Shown here one piece after another: positions 49,391 to 57,806 of a stretch of DNA of 64,000 nucleotides. The notes below the pieces were generated by a model. The model ran no database searches and had not been told where the DNA came from. It saw nothing but the letters and a program-made list of their open reading frames with translations. A program made the position numbers and the translations under genes. The stretch comes from Amphiscolops sp. MND2022. Its lineage: Eukaryota. How positions within the stretch are numbered: position 1 is the stretch's first letter; every line of letters begins with the position of its first letter. The DNA is taken from positions 83,454,001 through 83,518,000 of the forward strand of contig OZ076409.1 of assembly GCA_964187785.1 (NCBI GenBank), read 5' to 3'.

Positions 49391-50087
49391 CTGAAGAAAA
49401 CTGTTGAGGAAAATTTATACAGGCGTCTTGGAACTTTGAGTGCCAAACGAGTTGGTAATTGTGTCTAAAAAATTTTCGGAGGAAGAGAGAGTAAATTTGA
49501 ATTTGTTCTTTGGTTTTTGTATTGAGGGTAAGATTTTGAAAAAATTGATATTGAAAATGGTGAATTTGAAGAATATCAGTTGTGAGCCAATGGTGAGGAT
49601 TATTTTCAATAGTTCTAAATTGTTCAATATTAGAAAGATTAAAAAGGGATTCCTTTTGAAGAAGGTCCTGTATGGAAGAAGGATTAAAAACATGTTTGGT
49701 TAAAAGGTTATTGTTTTCTTGAAGATGATTGAGAAATGTTGTAAAGACTTTAGCGATAGGGATGTAGATATTATTAGGGTAGATGTTTTTACGAAAGGTA
49801 TCGGAGCGATTTTTGAGAGAAGTGAAGGGAATAGAAAATGGGGGTTCTTCAGAATTTAGAACAAGAGAATGGGTTTCAATATAATATAAATATGAATCAT
49901 GGTGTTCACGAATAAGAGGAGTTGTATATATATCGTCGGGATAGGTTTCAAAAGAAAGAGGAGTGGTGGAATTGTAAATGAGATTGTTAAGAAATTGAGT
50001 GAGGGTTTGTGAAACATCACGGGTAATACGTTGAGAGGTATTGAAAACAAAGGGGAGAGGGATAAGAGGTTCAATTGGATCAGTCAT
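49137..50087 (-). CDS. 316-aa ORF upstream of gag; unknown, possibly the Gag N-terminus separated by a frameshift
   Basis: ATG at 50087 overlaps the previous stop (TAATG); the frame overlaps the gag frame. Confidence 0.6.
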   Translation of the reverse strand: MTDPIEPLIPLPFVFNTSQRITRDVSQTLTQFLNNLIYNSTTPLSFETYPDDIYTTPLIREHHDSYLYYIETHSLVLNSEEPPFSIPFTSLKNRSDTFRKNIYPNNIYIPIAKVFTTFLNHLQENNNLLTKHVFNPSSIQDLLQKESLFNLSNIEQFRTIENNPHHWLTTDILQIHHFQYQFFQNLTLNTKTKEQIQIYSLFLRKFFRHNYQLVWHSKFQDACINFPQQFSSDELLPFIINSDSQHQQYYNLLDFPSSHFQYLAYDSNSLDKSLNLPSPIRPYTQQSYLPPSTDTTSNISSNSSFIFKCSNKSHLS

Positions 50088-50689
50088 TAGGAGTGTCTAT
50101 GAGGGAAATAATGTAACCAAATCCAATCCATAATAATATCAGGGTGAATTGACGGTTCAATTGGGAGAGGGAAGAAATACCGATGAATTATTTTGAAGAG
50201 GGCAAAATAAAATGAAGAGAGAAACGAATGAAAGTATAGGGGTATTATAATAAGAAAAAAGGAAATGAAGACAAGTTGAAAAAGAGCGATGAAGGGGTTA
50301 TGGTGAAGAAAAAGGAGGTTCATATAAAGATGGAGAAGAAGGAAAGTGATAAAAGGGACAAAGGAAAGAAGGGGAAGTAGAAAGGGGAGAAGGGAGAAGG
50401 AGACAGGGAAGTTAAGAAGAAAGGGGAATTAGTGAAAAAGGGATGCAACAATTTTTTCAATGAGAAGCATTAAAAAAACAAGCATTGCAAAAATGTAGGA
50501 AACGAAAAGGATGATAGTGGCGAGGTTTTCAGTGAGGAACATTAAAAAAGATTATGTTCGATATTGGTCAAAAACATGGGGAATGAAAGGAAGAATAAAT
50601 TTGTCAAGAAGAAGAAGAACAATGGCACAGAGACCAAGAAAGTAAAAGAGTATTAGGCAAATACAAACAGAGTCATTGAGAGAAGGCAT
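50087..50689 (-). CDS. Three small hydrophobic ORFs (50689-50552, 45 aa; 50542-50429, 37 aa; 50323-50087, 78 aa)
   Basis: MPSLNDSVCICLILFYFLGLCAIVLLLLDK..., MFLTENLATIILFVSYIFAMLVFLMLLIEK..., MNLLFLHHNPFIALFQLVFISFFLIIIPLY...; each has one TM-like stretch. The T-rich strand could produce this by chance. Confidence 0.4.
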
Positions 50690-50827
50690 AGAAAGTTTTG
50701 AAAAAGATGAAAATGGAGAGATGTTTAAAGTAAGAAAGGAAATGATATAAAATGAAAGAAGAAGGGTTAAAAAGGTGGAGCCGTTACAGGCGAACTAAGA
50801 TACAAGGGGTTAAGGGGAAAAAGGAAA

Positions 50828-51230
50828 TGTACCAGCGGAAAGCTGAATCACAAAGGTGATTAGTACAGAAGGCGAGATTGTACCAGCACGGAGCTGAATC
50901 ACAAAGGTGATTAGTACAGAAGGCGAGATTGTACCAGCACGGAGCTGAATCACAAAGGTGATTAGTACAGAAGGCGAGATTGTACCAGCACGGAGCTGAA
51001 TCACAAAAGGTGATTAGTACAGAAGGCGAGATTGTACCAGCACGGAGCTGAATCACAAAAGGTGATTAGTACAGAAACAATAGTGTACCAGCAAAAAGCT
51101 GAATCACATGAAAGTGATTAGTACAGAAAGAAATGTACCGACTACTAGGTCGAACCACGGAAGGTGATTAGTACAGAAGATTTCAGATGTGTACCGACAA
51201 TGAGTCGAATCACGTTGTGTGATTAGTACA
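50828..51230 (-). repeat. Array of eight ~51-bp units, each able to fold into a three-way junction
   Basis: Unit on + strand: TGTAC-CAGC(loop)GCTG-AATCAC(loop)GTGATT-A-GTACA; stems conserved, loops and linkers vary. Confidence 0.9.
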
Positions 51231-51295
51231 GAAAGTTTGTTTGAAAGGAAAATTAGAAATAAGAAGAAAGTGTTTTAGGAAAAGGAAAGAAATGA

Positions 51296-51308
51296 GCTGG
51301 TCGCACCA
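51296..51308 (-). promoter_or_regulatory. Primer binding site (tRNA identity uncertain, possibly Gly)
   Basis: TGGTGCGACCAGC two nt after the 5' LTR on the - strand. Confidence 0.7.
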
Positions 51309-51310
51309 GT

Positions 51311-51657
51311 TAAAGTACTTGGTTGTAGTTGGTATTTTAGTTATATGAGGAATTGAATCTTTTTTACTGATGTTACGATTAGTACTTTAAGAGACACTAA
51401 TAGAGCTGCAGTTATTAGGTCTTAGAGGGAAGACAACTAATCGGTGAAGAGTCAATTCAAGTTGTGTTCTAAATGAAGGGTTATAGTATTGAATATAAAT
51501 TAGTTACATCGATTTATGGTATTGAATATAAAGTGGTTACATCAATCATTTTACATCTAGAATATAAATGGAGTACAATTATAATTTTACAGTCTAGACA
51601 TACACGGGGCGGGGGGATAAATATAATTTATAGTATAGCATCAATCATGGTATATCA
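51311..51657 (-). repeat. 5' LTR of the large element
   Basis: Direct repeat of 32760-33106; TSD CTTT at 51658-51661. Confidence 0.96.
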
Positions 51658-52721
51658 CTTTCAAGTACTTTTGCATTTCTTATGCCGTTCTGGGTCGTTT
51701 CATTCCACAGAACGGTCCCCGATCGTCTTTTTGATGTTCCCATTCTGGAAAGCTTATGAGCGTAAAAGGTCAAAATTTTTCGGCTGAGACTTTAGTTAAA
51801 CACTGCTTCCGACCTTATTTAAAACACCGCACTGTTTGAGCCTTGAGCGGGAGGGACACCGACTTTGAGCTGTTCTTGGTTTGTTTTAGGTTGAATGTGG
51901 ACAAAAAACGAACATTTTTGATATCGAAACTTTTGTACAAGTCTAAACGATTAGACAAAAATTTCAGCTAGTACAAGTATGTGGAACATTTTGTTTTTAA
52001 TCAGTGTTGAACATGAATGATCACCTGCTTCAGTGGTGGCGGTTTGTTCACAGGAGACATCAACCGGAGTCGCGGGAGAGTTTGGAGGAGTCTGTTGCCC
52101 GGTTTCTACACCAAGCACCATCTGCAGGGGTGGACAGATCACACCAACAGGGGGGAGAGGTTTGAGAAGAGGTGTTTGTTGGCAAAGAAGGAATGAAGGA
52201 GTTCCCTCGGGAACAGAAACCAACAAAAGTTGATAGTTCTGAGGAGCTGAATTCACTCATAACTGTTTGCGCGCTCATTGTTGAATCTGACAAAACTGTT
52301 TGGCAAACAGAAAAATAAAGCAACTTCTGTTTTTTCGAGGGCCATTTTGAATCTAAAATTAATCCCGGCTAGAAAATAGAACGCTGTTGAAAAAGTGACA
52401 ATTTTCATAAGTCTTGAAGGATTATAAGTACCAGGTAATGATATCTGATGGATCTGCGATATTATTTTCAGACGACGCTGCTGCACTATAGGTCATAACA
52501 GGGACTAAATAGAGGTGACCTCACTTTTGTGGATGTAAATGTATGCTCTACTAACCACAAGAAGCAAGAAAGAAATGTATTTATTTAGCAAAGCACTTAT
52601 TTTCAAAATCATCATGTTTAAAAGCAATGCCACAACCAAAGGGATCATGTACATTTTAATCAGCCATCAATAATTAATTAAGCAATTTACAAATGCATGT
52701 CCAAAACATGGTAATAAAATC

Positions 52722-55700
52722 TCATTTTATGATACCATCCAAAACATGTTCCACAAAAACTGACTTCTCTTCTTCTTTTCCGTCACACATGAAATCGCAT
52801 CCGTTCCATTTGACACTTCCTGATTTGTCTGTGATCATCATAGCTTGTAGAGATTCCCAAATTTTCTTCTTGGGGTTTAAAACCTTATCAGGGTTTCTGC
52901 TGTACCCTGATATGGAAACAAGATCTCCTGGTTTCGCATCCGAATGTACCTTCAAGGGCTCCGTTCCAGTTTCACTCACGGCGCACAGAAGCATGCCTTG
53001 GGACTCAATGCCTCGCATCTTGGCAGGCTTGAGGTTACACAGAAAAACTGATTGGGAGCCCTGAAAAATGGGTTCTTAAGAAACGTACACTAGAGAACTG
53101 GTAGAATCGTTGAAGTCAATTATCAGTCAACTCTGGAAAAATCCAATTCAGAATAGGCAACACGTTCTGAACATCTTTATCATTACCAAAAAGCTAAGCA
53201 TCTTATTTTAAGTCTTGAGTGCAATAAGGCCTTACAAGCGCAGTCACTAGAGACGCTCCATTGTAACTCGATTTTGAAAAGTACTTTGTGCTGTTTTTGG
53301 TTGAGACTCTTGACGGTTGAATCGCTATTGAAACGGTTTATTTACTCAGTTTATAACTCAAGCTTCATCGGGGAATTTATATTGACTTGAAAATGTTCGG
53401 TGTGGATTACGTTGATTAAGCTGTTTCTCGGTTAATTATGAATTCCATCAAAATGATTGAGATTTTTCTTGATAGACCCTCAAGGGCTAATGCCCGCTCA
53501 GCGAAGACCTTCAAGTCAAAATATCCAACATAAGAACAAATTTGATGAACACCTCGAAAGATATGAATAACTCATCGAAGATTCAATTTTAATTAAGAAT
53601 GACTCAAGAAGAATGAAAAATGTCTCGCCTGTAGCTGTTCAATAGGAACTCTTCCGACCAGCCCACTGACTATCGTTCTCTGTTCGCTGCCGAAGTCGAC
53701 AGTCTCTACGAAAAGTGAATCCGCGTCTGGGTGTTGTTTGATGTCAACTATTTTGCCCACTCTCAAGTCCAACTGAGAAGGATCTGCTTTGGACTCTGTT
53801 GCTCTTAAACATTCAAAAGAATCACTTGAAAATTCACTCCCATCTCGAATTCAATCCTTCAAATTTGTGATGAACCCTAATAGTATTTTCACTAAAGCTC
53901 AAAATTTTTGCGTATTTCGCAAGCACCTGGCATATTGATAGGGCATGAAGAAGTAAAACAAATATTTCATCATAATCTTTTGCAGTAAATGTTAATCGAA
54001 TTTGTGTTCAATCAAATTAAACTTGGATTCCCGGAGAAAAGACAAGTCAGACGACACTATTTGTGATCTTTTTTATTTTCCGCCCATATTTCATATGGGA
54101 AAGGAAAATATTTAAATCAAACGGGTTTTTACAAAAATTTGCCAAGCACCAAATTTATATTCAACTTTAAGGGTGTTACCCATAGACTTCAACTCGCATA
54201 AATTTAGCTTCGTGCGATTTGTATTTGTGGAGATTTCTGGACTTTTTTAGTTGACCTCAAGGACCCCAGAATGACCCAAAAATAGTAAAAAATGCTAAAA
54301 CTTCCAACTTTTTTACGTTTTAATGCAATTTCTGCCAATGTTTCCATAGATGTCGTGGATTAGAATGTTGAAAAGGTTCAACAAGGCGAGAATTTGTTGT
54401 CCAGTAGACGTTTATGAAGAGATAATTGCAGATATCGGGATGAAAAATGTCTCAATTAACACCGAAATTGACAAAAAATCCAAAACATGTAATTTTCAAA
54501 GTTTTTCTGCTTTTTTGTTGAGGTTTCAACAGACTTCGTGGATTGGAATATTTTAAAGGGTCAACAAGGAAAAATTGGTTGTCCAGTAGTCTTTTATGAA
54601 GAGATAATTGCAATGTTCTGAATGAAAATGTGTCAAATTGACACCGAAAAAAACAATCTCAAAATTTTCCCACTTTCAAAGATTTTATGCATTTTTGTAA
54701 CAATTTTCGACGGACTTTGTGGAATGGAACGTTGCAAAGGGTCAACAAAGAAGATATGTGGTGTCCAGTAGGCTTTTCCGAAGAGTTTATTGCAGTTTTC
54801 TTGGTGGAAATGCCTCAAATTGACACCGAAAATAACAAAAATCTCAAAATTTTTCAATTTTCTATGATTTTATGCATTTTTTTCCCAAATTTTTGACAGA
54901 CTTCGTCAACTGGAACGTCGAAAAGGATCAACAAGGAAAGAATGCGTAGAAAAGAGTATGCTTAGAAAAGATAAATGCAGTTTTCAACCGAAAACTATCC
55001 GGAATTGGCATCGATAAAGACAGTATTCGAAAATTTTCCGATTTTCACTATTTTGGTTCAATTTTTGTCCAAATATCGATAGGCTTTGTGGACTAGAATG
55101 TTACAACGCCTGAAGCATGCGCAAACGTGTTGTTTCGCTGAGCTTTCGTCACGAGATAAGATCAACTTGTAGAAGAAAAATGCCTCAAAATGACCATGAA
55201 CTGTCAAAAAATTTGAAATTTTTGTGGTTTTTGATTCATTTTCTGTACATTTTCCGAAAGCTTTCGTTCTAAGTTCCAACACAATCAACTCAACAACGAA
55301 TGAAGGAGCTTTGCATTACATCGTTTGAAGAGAACGTTGCAGCGTTTTGCTTCAAAAACACTCCAGAAGGACTCCAAAGGTTTTCATGCAACTTGTGTAT
55401 TTTTTAAATCCTTTTGGAGACAGAATGTTGGCAAACGTTCAACAAAGACTTAACTCATAATCCAGTAGGCTTTTTTGGGAATATTTGCAGACTTCTGTTG
55501 GAAAATGTCTCAAAATTGACCGCAAATGTCGAAATTTTGTCGTTTTCCGACATTTTCAGTGAATTTTCCATGAGATTGGACAATTTCGGTAAAACAAAAG
55601 CTTCAAAAAGCTGCAGAGGATGAAACTAGGTCCGAAGCACGTTAAAAAATGCCTATTTATTTTCAGCAGTCTACTCAATGACCCAAATGTTGGAAAAACT

Positions 55701-57154
55701 GAGAATTTTCAAGTTTTTTACAATTTTAGGCAATTTTCTGTACAATTGTCGAGCTACTTCCTTGCATAAAACGGTTTTAAAAACTCAACAATGACTAATT
55801 CAGGTATCTCCAATAGCAATTTTGAAGAATTTGCATTGTATTTGGAATTGGCTTAAAAACACCCGAAAATCCATGAAACAACAAGAAAGCACGTAGTTTG
55901 ACAAACTAATCCCAATTTTTGTTCGATCCACAAAAATTTTTGAGGAAAAGAATTTCCAATGACCTGAGAGTTGAAACAATAAGGTATCCAAAACGCAAAT
56001 GAGGGAAAACGTGGCATGAAGTTCATCGAGTTTACATCGAATGTGTCAAAGTTTCCGATATTCGTTATTACAATAGGTATTCTATCAGTTGACGTTGGAT
56101 ACATAGGAGCATTCTCGCACGTTTCTAACAACCTCCGCATGTGCATCAAACATCACATTATGCAGCAATTTAAGGGACTCCTGTCTTCACAAAAGCAGGG
56201 GATACTATTCGCATGTCGGGTTTAAAAAACAGCGGCAAAACTTACTTGTCTCCAGCTCCCGCGTTAGTCTTTTCCTTCTTCTCGGGGGGATAAGCTTGTG
56301 ACACAAGTTTCTGCAGTTCAGGAGAGGATTGAAATTTCTTCCTGATTGGATCCAATAAAACGTTGAGGTAACGCTCCACGTTGGTCTTCAAATCACCAGG
56401 ATGCAATTTTTTAGCGGCAAAATCGTCTCTGATTTCCTCAAAAGACGAGTACACTCTGTCTCCACCGAACTCTTCCGGTCTGCGTATAGTGAAACCCTTC
56501 TCTGACTCAAAAGGACTCCCTAAGTTGAAAATGAAAATACACATCACAGAGGTTGAATGCAACAGAACAACTGCTCGAATTGAGTGCAAACTCTAAACGT
56601 ATTCTGGCCACAATCGTAAATTAACTGAACGCTCATATTTGGAAAAAACTAATGCGGATTAAAAAACGAATCCACTAGATGATGCGTATTGATTTTATTC
56701 GTATTTAATTCGACTCAAGGCCACACAATAAAAAGCATTCACATTTAAGGCTCAATAATCAGACAGGATATACCATGAAACTAAATGACTGTTTGGAAAA
56801 AGAGCGATTAAAAACCTGTTTTGCCGATCAGAGGGAAAATCACATGTTTGGCGAAGTGCAGAACCCCGTTGTTTTCTATATCGCCTTCTTCGCAGAACGA
56901 CTTTGATATCTTCTTCTTCACTGTCTGGGCTGAATCCAGAATATCAAGCTTCGAGTTCTCATCTGATGCACTCATTTTTCCTCCGCTCAATCCCGGCACC
57001 ATAGGATTCATCAGATGAGCTCTCTTGGCGTAGCCCAAACTTGGTAAATACTTCTCGGCAAACATGAAAATTTTGCGCTGATCAACGCCACCAAACTGAG
57101 CATCTACTTTCAAGTACTCTTCGTCTAAGGCTTGGAGACCAGGATACAATAGGC
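52722..57154 (-). CDS. YARS1: Cytoplasmic tyrosyl-tRNA synthetase, 3' exons 57154-56816, 56519-56246, 53803-53629, 53060-52722; 5' exons lie beyond the Polinton, outside the window
   Basis: [34 protein letters not shown] (KMSKS motif), LHPGDLK, and EMAP-II domain [42 protein letters not shown]; exon phases consistent. Confidence 0.96.
54072..55790 (+). repeat. HINE-like family 2 copy with degenerate ~190-bp tandem repeats in a TyrRS intron (3' end not located)
   Basis: 5' hairpin TATTTTCCGCCCATAT..ATATGGGAAAGGAAAATA as at 20266; recurring GTTGTCCAGTAG..GAAGAGATAATTGCA..AAATTGACACCGAAA units. Confidence 0.6.
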
Positions 57155-57806
57155 CTGAAATTGAACAGTTTTTGCCTCAAAACAGAGGCGAAGCTGTGCT
57201 TCACTTACATTTGCGCAAGACTCCCGATTTGCAAACCAAACGATACTGCAAAGCTAAGAGTTCGAACTGCAACTATTTCGAAGAGCCTGAGGAGACGCGA
57301 AATACTCCAAAACTAAAAATCTCTGCGTAAATCAGAAACTCAGCAGTCCAGTGAGAAGTAGCACGAGCGTGTATTTATCCTGAGAAAAAATAACTGATAG
57401 AAAAAAGTTTGACAAAATGCATTTTTTGTCCCCAAAACGTTGCGAGAACCCGCCATAGTATCGTGGAAACATAGGCGCCAAAGTGCGCAGTGCATGGCTC
57501 GCAAAGCCTGGGAAGTCAGTAGTGTATATAATCGTATTTGACACCAGCGCGAAGGCGCAAGCGTGGCTCGGCCTCATCGCTCACAGCCTCGCTTCGCTCA
57601 GCTGCTCACTCTTCAACCTCCCCCACTTGCTTCACCATTCGCTTCGCTTCGCTCCACTCATGGTGACCTTCGCGCTAATGTCAAATACGATTATATACAC
57701 TACTCCGCTCCGCTTCGCCCCATCACTCAATTGCTCACCCTTCAAGTTAATATCAAATCCCCCTTTCTATACTATTAGTTATTACTCAAACTAAAGGATA
57801 TTCACA

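Larger units (their letters stand above)
32760..51657 (-). mobile_element. 18.9-kb Ty3/Gypsy-type endogenous retrovirus-like element with env and accessory ORFs
   Basis: 347-bp LTRs (32760-33106, 51311-51657) with no difference seen by eye; TG...TA termini on the - strand; 4-bp TSD CTTT; PBS TGGTGCGACC; order gag-PR-RT-RH-IN-env. Confidence 0.96.
32256..51887 (+). mobile_element. Diverged HINE-like family 1 copy split by the large LTR element (32256-32759 and 51658-51887)
   Basis: TTTTAGTCGGCGCTTC start at 32257; GAGCCTT..ACCGACTTT...TTGTTTT end near 51860-51887. Confidence 0.6.

Noticed and set aside
50828..51230. CRISPR-like array
   Set aside because: Eukaryotic retroelement leader with no cas genes; the variable parts are short loops and linkers, several identical, not unique spacers.
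50828..51230. Hammerhead ribozyme array
   Set aside because: No CUGAUGA/GAAA core on either strand and almost no unpaired junction nucleotides.
51951..52323. Independent protein-coding gene
   Set aside because: Overlapping short ORFs with no recognisable domain; more likely a 5' exon or UTR.
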